64,000 nt of DNA from a bacterium (GCA_024233545.1 JACKPL010000009.1:6578-70577); one strand, 5' to 3'; positions 21,760 to 31,461 are shown, counted from the stretch's first letter. The notes: generated from the letters alone by a model not told the origin. A program made the numbers and translations.

Positions 21760-23094
21760 ATGAAACACTCTTCGAAACTTATTCTGGTATTGTTCTTAGG
21801 GTTTACCCTTAATCTTATCTACGCCTTTTTTATTGCGCCTTTAGGAAAACACGACCTCTTTGTCCTTGAAAAGCGCTATACCGGAATAGAGGCACAAACT
21901 TTTTTTCATCATGACGCTAAAGACTACATATATATTGCCGTTAACCTTCTGCAAGGCAAAGGATATTCGTATCCGCTGGAAAATCCTCATCCGACTGCTC
22001 TGAGACTGCCCGGGTATCCGCTGTTTTTAGCTCTGCTGTTTTCACTTTTCGGTTTCAAGATATCCTGCGCGCTTTTTTTTCAGTGTATTTTGCTGACTGT
22101 GTTGTTCTTTCTCGCATATATCCTTGCGAAACATTTATTTTCAGAGAAAACCGCATTATTCAGCCTGCTGGTAATGATTTTTCTCCCTAACCTGAAATTT
22201 TACGGCTGTGCGTATATCGGCCCGGAAACGTTGGCGGCTGTTTTGTTATTTGCCGGCATAGTATGTTTTTTACAAGCCGATCCGCACAAACGATTCTGGA
22301 TATGGAACAGCGCCGGCATGTGTTCCTGCATAAGCGCCGGTTATTGCCGTCCCGATTTTTTCTTATTTTTCCCTTTTGTATGTTTTTGGATGATGCGTCA
22401 TTACCAACGGCGCTGGTTCATTTCGGTATGTTTATTCACGGCACTCACCGCGTCGTTTCTGCTTCCATGGACACTGCGGAACTTCTCGGTTTTCGATACG
22501 TTTGTTCCCGGTTCCACCATTGTCGGCAGACTGCTTTCCGGATCGTACAACCCGCAAACCATGCAGAACAACCCGGGCGGATGGGATAACCCGAACAGCA
22601 CATTATTCGGCATCGACGAAACCGGTAAGAATGAAGTGGAAATCAATAAACTTCATACCCAGTATGCATGGAATCAGATTCAAAATTTATCCGTCCCACA
22701 GGCCGTCCGGTTGGTTGTGTGGAAAGCCGTCCGGTTATGGTTGCCGGTGCAACGGTTGATTCGCGGGTATGCAGGCGGCATCAACCTCAAAGAATTAGCT
22801 CAGTCGCCTCTGGTTCTTTTTAAGAAACCGGCATTTCTGTTCAATATTGTTCTCTCTGTTCTTTTTCTGCCTGTTTACCTGCTTTTCGGTATAAAACTTA
22901 TTGTAAGCATGCGTTCGTTTCGTAAACATGAGCTGATTTTTTATCTATTCTGCTTAGTCAACCTTGTCGCACTGATTTTTCTCGGTTCCATTCGGTATAG
23001 ATTTGTGTTTGAGCCTATTATCATTATATATGGATGCGCACTGATTCTCGATCTATTCAAGCGGGCACAGCACAAATTTATTCCTTCAGAATAG
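21760..23094 (+). CDS. polytopic membrane glycosyltransferase-like protein (GT39/ArnT-like fold)
   Basis: The protein is multi-TM. Its first loop, DAKDYIYIAVNLLQGKGYSY...LRLPGYPLFLAL, is typical of PMT_2/ArnT-like proteins. Confidence 0.7.
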   Translation: MKHSSKLILVLFLGFTLNLIYAFFIAPLGKHDLFVLEKRYTGIEAQTFFHHDAKDYIYIAVNLLQGKGYSYPLENPHPTALRLPGYPLFLALLFSLFGFKISCALFFQCILLTVLFFLAYILAKHLFSEKTALFSLLVMIFLPNLKFYGCAYIGPETLAAVLLFAGIVCFLQADPHKRFWIWNSAGMCSCISAGYCRPDFFLFFPFVCFWMMRHYQRRWFISVCLFTALTASFLLPWTLRNFSVFDTFVPGSTIVGRLLSGSYNPQTMQNNPGGWDNPNSTLFGIDETGKNEVEINKLHTQYAWNQIQNLSVPQAVRLVVWKAVRLWLPVQRLIRGYAGGINLKELAQSPLVLFKKPAFLFNIVLSVLFLPVYLLFGIKLIVSMRSFRKHELIFYLFCLVNLVALIFLGSIRYRFVFEPIIIIYGCALILDLFKRAQHKFIPSE

Positions 23095-23144
23095 AACATA
23101 AAACCGAAGCACTACAAAAACCAACCGATCAGAAAGCAGATACG

Positions 23145-23633
23145 ATGGATATGGAAAACAGCCTCGCCGGCTGGTTCGACAACGCCGGTGAACGATATAT
23201 GCGCGAAGCACTCAGAGAAGCACGCAAGGCGGCGGATGCCGACGAAGTTCCCGTCGGCGCGGTGGTCGTATATGAAAACCGGATCATTGCGCGGGCACAT
23301 AATCAGGTTGAAATGCTCAATGATGCCACTGCACACGCAGAGATGATTGCGCTTACACAGGCATCGGCGCATCTCAATAATTGGCGCCTGACCGACGCGA
23401 CGCTCGTCGTCACGAAAGAACCGTGCCCGATGTGTTGCGGCGCAATGGTCAACGCGCGGCTCGGCGCGGTCATATACGGTGTGCCGGACGAACGTTACGG
23501 TGCGGCTCGGTCTGGATTAAACATCCTTGAGAATAGCGTGCTGAACCATCGCGTGCAGGTTACTGCCGGAATATTGGCAGACGAATGCAGGGAATTATTG
23601 CAAGTATTTTTCGCGAAAAAGCGAAATAAATAA
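23145..23633 (+). CDS. tadA: tRNA adenosine(34) deaminase
   Basis: The CDA zinc motifs HAEMIAL and PCPMCCGA are present, as is EVPVGAVVV. The start was chosen at MDMENSL (ATG 23145). Confidence 0.9.
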   Translation: MDMENSLAGWFDNAGERYMREALREARKAADADEVPVGAVVVYENRIIARAHNQVEMLNDATAHAEMIALTQASAHLNNWRLTDATLVVTKEPCPMCCGAMVNARLGAVIYGVPDERYGAARSGLNILENSVLNHRVQVTAGILADECRELLQVFFAKKRNK

Positions 23634-23680
23634 TAGCAACCCAATTGAATTTTGTGTAATATAACACCTCATTTATATGC

Positions 23681-23770
23681 GGAGAGATGCCAGAGCGGTT
23701 GAATGGGGCGGTCTCGAAAACCGTTGGCCACGCAAGTGGCCCCAGGGTTCGAATCCCTGTCTCTCCGCCA
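23681..23770 (+). tRNA. tRNA-Ser (anticodon CGA)
   Basis: Acceptor ggagaga/tctctcc, anticodon arm gcggt-CTCGAAA-accgt, long variable arm, T-arm caggg-ttcgaat-ccctg, and an encoded CCA. Confidence 0.9.
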
Positions 23771-23832
23771 TTCTTTTGTAAAGGGACGCTCAGGCGAGAA
23801 CCTGATATTCAAAGTCAATTTGAGATGCAAAT

Positions 23833-24627
23833 ATGAGATTCTTTAAGCAAGTTACATTTTGGCTTTTTCTTTTGTTCATCCCATCGGTTTGTCGAGCACA
23901 AGAAACTCAGGTAGCATTGGCGAAGACTTATGATACCGCTTTGGTTATTTATGATCGTTCTGCGGGAAGGGCAACTCGAATTGATCCGGAACTAAGCGCT
24001 CAACGTAAGCCTCCATGTTCAACATTTAAAATATACAACACCCTTATCGGGCTTGAGCTTGGTTATTTGAAGGGGCCGGATGATCCTTGGTATAAGTGGG
24101 ATGGGGTTCGACGTGATATGGAGGGATGGAATAACGATTTAACCCTTCGCGAGGCGTTTCGTGTTTCAGCTGTTCCGGCTTTTCAAGGTCTGGCTCGGCA
24201 AATTGGCGCGGAACGAATGAAGGAGTATATCGAAAAGATCGGCTACGGATCTCAGGATATTTCTGCGGGCATTGATTCATTTTGGCTTCCAAGGTCGAAC
24301 ACCAAGCCTATGATGATTAGCGCGGATGAACAAGTCGCGCTTTTAAACAAGCTTTTGGACGGTAAACTCCCTTTTTCTGATAAGAATATTTCTGTTTTGC
24401 GAGACATCATGCAGGTAGTTAAGACGGAAAAGGGTGTTCTTTATGGCAAAACTGGTTCTGGGACAAATAGTGAGGGGAAATGGTTTTTAGGCTGGTTTGT
24501 TGGTTTTCTTGAAAGTGGCGGGAAGACCTACGTCTTTGCCTGCAATATTACCGGAGGAGAAAAGCCATCTGGAAAAGTTGCTCGAGAGATCGTGGAAGAA
24601 ACCTTTAAGGCACAAGGGTTGCTTTAG
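23833..24627 (+). CDS. class D (OXA-type) beta-lactamase
   Basis: Signal peptide ...IPSVCRA/QE. All class D boxes are present: STFK (PCSTFKIYN), SxV (RVSAVPAF), YG(S) in place of YGN, KTG (GKTGSG) and WxxG (WFLGWFVG). Confidence 0.88.
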   Translation: MRFFKQVTFWLFLLFIPSVCRAQETQVALAKTYDTALVIYDRSAGRATRIDPELSAQRKPPCSTFKIYNTLIGLELGYLKGPDDPWYKWDGVRRDMEGWNNDLTLREAFRVSAVPAFQGLARQIGAERMKEYIEKIGYGSQDISAGIDSFWLPRSNTKPMMISADEQVALLNKLLDGKLPFSDKNISVLRDIMQVVKTEKGVLYGKTGSGTNSEGKWFLGWFVGFLESGGKTYVFACNITGGEKPSGKVAREIVEETFKAQGLL

Positions 24628-24735
24628 AACAAGGTTTTTGATCTTTGGTAGTGATCGGTTCACCTAAGGATATCTGCCAGCCCATACTTCGTTTGCGGCA
24701 TATTTCCACAAGTATCTAAGCTTCAATAGGTTGAC

Positions 24736-24773
24736 AGGTTCGCATGGCGTCCCCTTCTACCCGCCATTCTTTT
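24736..24773 (+). repeat. decayed direct copy of the tRNA-Ser 3' end (candidate att-type repeat)
   Basis: aggttcgcat...cccgccattctttt matches the tRNA end gggttcgaat...tccgccattctttt. The 13-mer ccgccattctttt is identical at 23765-23777 and 24761-24773. Confidence 0.55.
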
Positions 24774-24818
24774 AATGCTTTTCTGTAATCGAGAACGCCG
24801 GAAAGAAAAACCGTGCCT

Positions 24819-25589
24819 CTAAATTCTCTTCATTCTTTTACGTATTCCAACCAACCCGAGGCCCAGCAACAACAATGAAGACAGTTCTGGAACAAGAATT
24901 TCTTCAACATGATAGATAATATCCAGTTCACCTGAATTGAAAAGAATATCTTCTCCAAGATTGGCATTCAGCGTAAAACCGATCATGTGATTATTCATTA
25001 TATACTCTATCGATGCCTGATCTAAGTTAATCTGCAATTCCGCATTGCCGTCATATCCTGAATTATAGATGAAATCATACCGGTAATAATAGGTGTATTG
25101 GATGTCTTGGTCCTCCCCTGCATACTCAACGCCTTCAATATGTACGCCATTCGAATAATTATTGGTAAAATAATTTGTTGTTGCAACAGATCCATTTTGT
25201 ACATTGAGGGCTACATTGACCGTTTCCTGTATATCCTCGTGGTAGGTGTTTTCGATTCTGTATAGGTACATGGTACTGCCAATAATAGTCGGATTGTCAT
25301 AATACTTGCCGGTAACAGCATAGTAATACGCGGAGGATGCCGGTATATATGTTTGGTGATCGTATGCAAGGTCGCCATCGTCAAAAAACAAAAATGTCGC
25401 TACGGCTGAATCAATGACAACATTTTCGAAAAAAAGGGCTGTCAGATCAAAAGTACCCATGACATTTGTGTCTTCGACCAGTATTTGAGAGGGAATATCA
25501 TCTTCTGCAAAATAATTCAAAGCGTTTGCATCAAACGTTATTCCGCACCATACGAGGGTAGTTAAGAGTATAAGTGGTAGTGGTTTCAT
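24819..25589 (-). CDS. PEP-CTERM sorting-domain protein
   Basis: There is an N-terminal signal peptide. The C-terminal VPELSSLLLLGLGLVGIRKRMKRI gives a PEP-like motif, a TM helix and a basic tail. Confidence 0.85.
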   Translation of the reverse strand: MKPLPLILLTTLVWCGITFDANALNYFAEDDIPSQILVEDTNVMGTFDLTALFFENVVIDSAVATFLFFDDGDLAYDHQTYIPASSAYYYAVTGKYYDNPTIIGSTMYLYRIENTYHEDIQETVNVALNVQNGSVATTNYFTNNYSNGVHIEGVEYAGEDQDIQYTYYYRYDFIYNSGYDGNAELQINLDQASIEYIMNNHMIGFTLNANLGEDILFNSGELDIIYHVEEILVPELSSLLLLGLGLVGIRKRMKRI

Positions 25590-26337
25590 CTGTCAGCTCC
25601 TTATTTTTGTATGCAATGTGCCATAGTTAGGGATAAATGTATTAAGCCAGATACAGCAAGTGTTGTTCCACATATGCATAACAACCATAAGTTGCTTATT
25701 CAAAGAATAATACATCAATATGGCTTTGCGCATTCAAGTCAGGTGACACGGTATACCGTGCTTTTCCCGTAAACGGTGATAGGTGTGGCAGGGATGGGAT
25801 CATGATAGAGTACACGTCTTTTTTGCGCTCATCATAGATCGGTTGAACATAGTTTTCTTTTCTCTATGGTTCGGATCACTGGTTCTTTAAAAAATGCCGG
25901 CACAATACTAAATTGTATTTATGCCACCAATCATTAAGTGGTGTATCTTCTTAATCCTGCTTTAATTTTGATATCAAAGAATTGGTTGCTCATAAGTCGA
26001 AAAAAATGTTAAAAGAATTACATCAGAAATTTGAAAGTGATTATACAAACGATCACCGACTAAAATATATAAATACTGTCATGAGGATAGAATTGATACC
26101 TTGAAAAACGGAATGATTCGTTTTACCCAACCTTTATCATATTATCCTTTTTTCAACATATTACAAAATTATATCTTAAAGAATCCTTGTTCGGCGCCAG
26201 CTTTTTGATGAGCTTACCGACAAAAGCTACCCACGAATGCCTATAGGTAATTTAGATTTGAATAGAAGGGGATTCGAACAATTTTGAGAGAGATAAGTTT
26301 TTTTTAGAGGCTAATCCGCTTAATGGAGACCGTGAAA

Positions 26338-27315
26338 ATGAATAAAAAAAAGATAACCAAAGATGATACGTTTTTTCATCTTTCCATTATTTCGCTATCG
26401 ATACTTTTGCTTTCAAGTTGTGCCGCACATAATCATTCCCAAAGATCAAAAAATATAAGTAATCCGAACAACACTCCGCCTCAATTAAGCGATAAGTCAT
26501 GGGTAAGCATTCATCCCAAAGTTATTATCATTACAGGGTCTGCATCGGGTTTTGGAAAGGCGGCGGCTGAAAAACTTATCGCCAAAGGGCATATCGTTTA
26601 TGGCGGGGACATCAACAAAGAAGGTAATAAATATTTGGATAAAATTGGCGGAACCGCTCTTGTGATGGATGTCAGAAAAGACGCTCAAGTTCGAGCAGGT
26701 ATTCGGAGAATTTTAAAAGAACAAGGAAGAATCGATGTCCTGATCAATAACGCCGGATATGGAGAATACGCTACCATTGAAAATATTGATATTGAAGACC
26801 TTAAAAATCAATTTGATGTTAACGTTTTTGGATACGCTCGACTGCAACAAGAAGTCTTGCCGACTATGCGCAAACAACGTTCAGGGCGGATTATCATCGT
26901 ATCTTCCGGTCTCGGAAAATTCTCTTTGCCGGTGCTGGGCTGGTATGCCGCCACAAAACATGCTACCGAAGGAATGGCAGACGCACTGCGGCTGGAAGTA
27001 AGCCAGTTCGATATTGATGTCGTAAAAATCCAGCCGGGGGCATCTAATACTAATTTTGTTAAAACGGCTTATGCGAGGCTGGATCAATCCTATGTACCGG
27101 AAGACTATAAGCAAATGGTTACGAATGTCAGGGCCGGTTTGGACGCTCTCATGACAAAAGCGGGGGGACCGGAAGAAACAGCGGACGCTATTGTTGAAGC
27201 GGTTGAAGCGGCTGAACCGGAAATCAGTTATATTACGATGGAAGACGCCAAAACTTTTATTGAAAAAAGAAACAGTATGACTGAAAAAGAATTCTATGAC
27301 ATGTTGTCAAAATAG
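26338..27315 (+). CDS. SDR-family oxidoreductase with lipoprotein-type signal peptide
   Basis: Lipobox LLLSSC. Rossmann motif TGSASGFGKAAA, NNAG, and catalytic YAATKHA (YxxxK). The start was chosen at MNKKK (ATG 26338) behind a GGAGA RBS. Confidence 0.85.
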   Translation: MNKKKITKDDTFFHLSIISLSILLLSSCAAHNHSQRSKNISNPNNTPPQLSDKSWVSIHPKVIIITGSASGFGKAAAEKLIAKGHIVYGGDINKEGNKYLDKIGGTALVMDVRKDAQVRAGIRRILKEQGRIDVLINNAGYGEYATIENIDIEDLKNQFDVNVFGYARLQQEVLPTMRKQRSGRIIIVSSGLGKFSLPVLGWYAATKHATEGMADALRLEVSQFDIDVVKIQPGASNTNFVKTAYARLDQSYVPEDYKQMVTNVRAGLDALMTKAGGPEETADAIVEAVEAAEPEISYITMEDAKTFIEKRNSMTEKEFYDMLSK

Positions 27316-27323
27316 TTTCGGAC

Positions 27324-27662
27324 TTGTACTCTGAAATGGTACGTAACACAGGAATCATCAAGAGATATTTGCCTCTCATACTTTCGCTTATTGTTAACCC
27401 AAACTCTACCGACAGGGTGGAACATGAAATCACAAATAACGCGAATTGCGAAGACATAATACTTAATTTTGGGCAGAATATCGAAGCAGATGATGAACTA
27501 TTAAGAAAACATGAAAGAACGGGTAGGCCTCGGGGAAACAATGCTTTTCTCGCAAAATTAGAAAAGATTAGCAGTCGATCATTAAGAAAAAGAAAACCGG
27601 GACCCAAAAAGCATGCATCTCACGAGAATTATGTATTGTGTCCCTTTAATTTTTTACTTTAA
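27324..27662 (+). pseudogene. C-terminal fragment of a RayT/IS200-like Y1 transposase-family gene (low confidence)
   Basis: Only a tail is left: ...NPNSTDRVEH...LRKHERTGRPRGNNAFLAKLEKISSRSLRKRKPGPKK...NYVLCPF. No HUH or catalytic Tyr region is present. A REP-like hairpin follows immediately. Confidence 0.4.
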
Positions 27663-27693
27663 TTGTTGCCAAAACAATGTGAACATACAATGG

Positions 27694-27716
27694 ATTCCTG
27701 CTTTCGCAGGAATGAC
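27694..27716 (-). repeat. solo REP-like hairpin, same family as the units of the 42.1-kb array
   Basis: The plus strand reads attcctgc-tttc-gcaggaat-gac, which is the reverse complement of gtc-attcctgc-gaaa-gcaggaat. Confidence 0.85.
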
Positions 27717-27762
27717 ATATAAAATGGGTATAACTTTTTTTAAATAACGAGTGGGGTTAGAG

Positions 27763-28563
27763 ATGGAAACAAAAAACTTTTCTACTTGGGATGAATTTGA
27801 GGAATACGCACTTAAAAAAATGGACGAGGCAAATACCAAAACGTCAAAAGATTTTTATCGGCCTATATTTCGTGGTCAAGCTAATGCAGATTGGAGTCTC
27901 AAAACCACTTTAGATAGAGTGCGGGAAAGATACGATGCCTTTGATTATATTGAAATAATCTTTTCTATTAAAAATAAGCTTGAAACATTTACGCAACAAA
28001 AGTGGGATGGTTTAAACGATCCCAATAAAATCTTTGATGATTTTCATCCAGACGAGTATCTCGGTAATCCAGAATCATATCCATATATGCTCTACTTGCG
28101 CCATCATGGATTTCCTTCCCCGTTGCTTGACTGGAGTTTGTCGCCTTATATCGCGGCATATTTTGCATTTCGCGAGGGGACCAAGTGTAAGGAGGTAGCT
28201 ATTTATACTCTTTGTCGTATGCCAGCAGAGACGGATGTACCGAGTAGATATCGCATACACGTCACAGAACATAACGTAACAACTACACCGCGTCATGTTC
28301 TCCAACAGGCAATATATACATATTGCTTCGATCACGGAGCTCCACACGAAGCTCCAATGGGTGTTTTCTATGATGACCATGAAAAAGATACAACAAACAC
28401 GTATGAAATCAAAAAATGTATACTGCCATATTCAGAAAGAGAGAAGGTTTTAACAAAATTAGACCGAATGAATATAAACGCGTTTTCTCTGTTCAATTCT
28501 GAAGAAGGATTATGTGAAATGCTGTCGATTGACAGTTTTGTATTGCAAAAATTCACCATCTAA
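27763..28563 (+). CDS. FRG-domain protein
   Basis: YRPIFRGQANADWSLKTTLDR is the eponymous FRG motif context. The start was chosen at METKNF (ATG 27763). Confidence 0.75.
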   Translation: METKNFSTWDEFEEYALKKMDEANTKTSKDFYRPIFRGQANADWSLKTTLDRVRERYDAFDYIEIIFSIKNKLETFTQQKWDGLNDPNKIFDDFHPDEYLGNPESYPYMLYLRHHGFPSPLLDWSLSPYIAAYFAFREGTKCKEVAIYTLCRMPAETDVPSRYRIHVTEHNVTTTPRHVLQQAIYTYCFDHGAPHEAPMGVFYDDHEKDTTNTYEIKKCILPYSEREKVLTKLDRMNINAFSLFNSEEGLCEMLSIDSFVLQKFTI

Positions 28564-28596
28564 AACATCCACAAGAACACACACCACTTCCTTGTT

Positions 28597-28616
28597 ATTC
28601 CTGCGAAAGCAGGAAT
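28597..28616 (+). repeat. solo REP-like hairpin
   Basis: attcctgc-gaaa-gcaggaat, 33 nt after the FRG gene stop. Confidence 0.85.
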
Positions 28617-28819
28617 GACTACAGAAAGGGCAGGAGTGATTATCGAAATGCAGTATTATCACCGCGGGACACAATATGTAATTTCAGCCACCTTTTAACA
28701 CCTTATTCCCAAATACCATTTAGGAATTCATGCTCTTTAATTTTTTCATTTTATTTGGGACAAAGAGAAATAAACAATTGTCTCTTTTCTGTAAACAGAT
28801 TGTATGAGCGGGTTTTACC

Positions 28820-29578
28820 TTATTTCATGACCGCTTTGATATCGCGTTTTGCCTGCCGAATCATGAATAAATAGCGCCAGACAGTACGCAGGATACGCAT
28901 TTTCGACGCGCCACCCTTTAAATCATACCGCAAAACAAGCGGCACTTCCGTTGCGCGCTTTGCCAACGGATACAGTTTGACCAGCAATTCTGCCATACAC
29001 GTAAACCCATCTTCGCGAATCAACGATTCGCCGTACGCCGCAAAGCCTGCCTTGAGCAAACGCCCGGAATATGCGCGGTATCCGCATGAATAATCGCGCA
29101 CCCCTCTGTAACGGAACGCCGCCGCCATCAAGGTGCTCGCGCCGCGGCTGAGAATTTGCCGATACATCCTCAACCCCACTTCGTCTCCGCCGGTACAATA
29201 GCGCGACGCAATGACAATCTCCGCTCCGGCCTGTATTTCATGCTTCATCGACGGCATACATTCCGGCATATGGGTATTGTCGGCATCCATTGTAAATACA
29301 ATATCGGCATCAGCAACCGTCTGCGCAAGATGGTATATTCCGGTACGCATTGCCTGTCCTAACCCGCGGTTGCAGTTATGCGGAATGACGTTTATCGGCA
29401 ATTCAGGATTTTGCCGCGCAAACAATTTGACGTTTTTTACCGAATTATCGCTACTTCCGTCATCGACGATAACCACCCGCAACGGTTCTTTGAGTTCAGG
29501 CAGGCTCTTTTTTACGTTCTCAAGCAAACGGACAATGGCAGTTTCTTCATTATACATCGGCAACATCAAATACAACAT
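28820..29578 (-). CDS. family 2 glycosyltransferase (polyprenol-phosphate sugar synthase-like)
   Basis: PMYNEE, VVIVDDGSSDNS and a DxD motif (FTMDADNTH) are present. Confidence 0.85.
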   Translation of the reverse strand: MLYLMLPMYNEETAIVRLLENVKKSLPELKEPLRVVIVDDGSSDNSVKNVKLFARQNPELPINVIPHNCNRGLGQAMRTGIYHLAQTVADADIVFTMDADNTHMPECMPSMKHEIQAGAEIVIASRYCTGGDEVGLRMYRQILSRGASTLMAAAFRYRGVRDYSCGYRAYSGRLLKAGFAAYGESLIREDGFTCMAELLVKLYPLAKRATEVPLVLRYDLKGGASKMRILRTVWRYLFMIRQAKRDIKAVMK

Positions 29579-29594
29579 GGAATGCTCCTTAGCA

Positions 29595-30296
29595 TTACTC
29601 TTGATTCTTCTCGAATGCGTCTTTCCCTTCGACCACCAGCACGCATTCGCCCTTAAGAGTTATTTTCTTCTGTTTGAGGCGGATGAGCAATGCGTTTATC
29701 GTTCCCCGCTCAACAGATTCGAACATCTTGGTTAATTCTCGGCATACCGCCGCTTTACGGTCGCCGCAGAACGCAAGAGTGTCTTTGAGCAGTGATTCCA
29801 GACGGAGCGGCGACTCGAACAAAATCGCCGTTAAATCGCTGTCTGCAATGTGGCGCAGGCGTTTATTGCGTTTATTCCCTTTGCGCGGTATGAATCCGTA
29901 AAAAGAAAACTGATCCGTACGAAATCCTGCCATCAACAACGACACCAATACAGAACTAGCGCCGGGTATGACCTCAAGAGCATATCCTCGCTCAATAACA
30001 CTGCGTATCACTATTTCTCCGGGATCGGAAATGCCCGGCATGCCCGCATCCGAGACTAACGCAATTGTTTTTCCTTGATCGAGCAGTCCGCAGACCGTAT
30101 CGACCCGTTTCTTTTCATTGTACCGATAACAGCTGAGCAGTTCGGTATGAATGTCATAATGAGAAAAAAGCTTTTTAGTATGGCGGGTATCTTCAGCAAG
30201 GCAGATGTCCGCTTCTTTGAGGATGCGAACTGCCCTGAACGACATATCTTCAAGGTTGCCGATGGGAGTTCCGACAACATAGAGCCTCCCGTGCAT
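29595..30296 (-). CDS. rsmI: 16S rRNA (cytidine1402-2'-O)-methyltransferase
   Basis: GRLYVVGTPIGNLEDMSFRAVRILKEADICLAEDTRHTKKL. The start was chosen at MHGRLYVV (ATG 30296) behind an AAGGAA RBS; alternative starts are at 30317 and 30326. Confidence 0.88.
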   Translation of the reverse strand: MHGRLYVVGTPIGNLEDMSFRAVRILKEADICLAEDTRHTKKLFSHYDIHTELLSCYRYNEKKRVDTVCGLLDQGKTIALVSDAGMPGISDPGEIVIRSVIERGYALEVIPGASSVLVSLLMAGFRTDQFSFYGFIPRKGNKRNKRLRHIADSDLTAILFESPLRLESLLKDTLAFCGDRKAAVCRELTKMFESVERGTINALLIRLKQKKITLKGECVLVVEGKDAFEKNQE

Positions 30297-30309
30297 AATG
30301 AGTTCCTTA

Positions 30310-31461
30310 TCAGGCATGGCGCACACGAAATGCTTCCGCCGCCTTGATTCTACTGCTTATGCTCGGATGGTCATGCAGGAGAAACTCGATAAGGGGATGC
30401 GGTTCTTCATCTGCAAGGTTTAAGTCGGCAAGCTTTTTCATGGTGGATATGAAATGATCGGGCGCATTGGTTTGGCGCAGAGCGAAATTGTCTGCCTGTT
30501 TTTCAAGTATGCGTGTATAAGTCGCATTTATCGGCATGGAAATCAGTGTGAACACAAACATGCACAATAAAAAAACTGGAAACGCGGCGATATCGGTAAT
30601 TCCGGCAAATCCCGAGCTTACCGCAAGGCGGTCGAAAATCAAACTTACTAGATACAGTCCGGCAAACGTAATGGCTCCTCCGAACAAAATCAACTGCCAG
30701 ATATGTTTATAGTAGAAATGTCCGAGTTCATGAGCAAGGACAACTTCAATTTCTTCATCGCAGAAATTCTTCAGGAGAGTATCGCCTAAAAGAATGCGTT
30801 TTGTGTTTCCAAGCCCTGCGAGAGCGGCGTTTGCCTTTTTTGTTTTTGCGCTAAGCTCCATTTCAAAAACGCCAAGTATTGTTACTTTAAGGCGTTCCGC
30901 CATAGCAATTAAACGTGTTTTAAGCGCATCGTTTTCCAACGGTTTGAATTTATAAAACAACGGCATAATCAGAACCGGCGCAATATTGCTTAGGATAATG
31001 CCGAACCCCACCCATAAAACACCAACCCATAACCACCATGATTTTTCAGCCAGCATAAAGAAAAGATATAACCCTTCGGCAACAAACACCATAAACACAA
31101 GGTTAAGAACATACGATTTGCCTTTATCTCCAAGCCATGAGCCAAACGATTGCGTGGACAACGAATATTTATGTTCGAGATAATAACCGCTGTAAAAACT
31201 CAGCGGAAGCAGGCATGCCATATACATAGTGGTAAGGATGCCGCTGTACACCGCAACTTGAATCCAGTAGTTTGCGCAGAATGATTGAATCCATGCAAGG
31301 AGTTGTGCCGAAAATCCGCCTTGTTTTCCGACAAAAACAAAAAGCGCAATGAGGATTACCGTATAGACAATATCAACAAGAAAAAGCCAATTGTGAATCG
31401 CTTCGTATCGTTTTGCAAGCGCTTTTCGGTGAGACGCCGACGATGAATCCGGTTGAGCCAT
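30310..31461 (-). CDS. M48-family zinc metallopeptidase (Ste24/HtpX-like), polytopic
   Basis: HELGH occurs in VLAHELGHFYYKH. Several N-terminal TM helices are present, and the C-terminal region contains HPLIEFLLHDHPS. Confidence 0.85.
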   Translation of the reverse strand: MAQPDSSSASHRKALAKRYEAIHNWLFLVDIVYTVILIALFVFVGKQGGFSAQLLAWIQSFCANYWIQVAVYSGILTTMYMACLLPLSFYSGYYLEHKYSLSTQSFGSWLGDKGKSYVLNLVFMVFVAEGLYLFFMLAEKSWWLWVGVLWVGFGIILSNIAPVLIMPLFYKFKPLENDALKTRLIAMAERLKVTILGVFEMELSAKTKKANAALAGLGNTKRILLGDTLLKNFCDEEIEVVLAHELGHFYYKHIWQLILFGGAITFAGLYLVSLIFDRLAVSSGFAGITDIAAFPVFLLCMFVFTLISMPINATYTRILEKQADNFALRQTNAPDHFISTMKKLADLNLADEEPHPLIEFLLHDHPSISSRIKAAEAFRVRHA

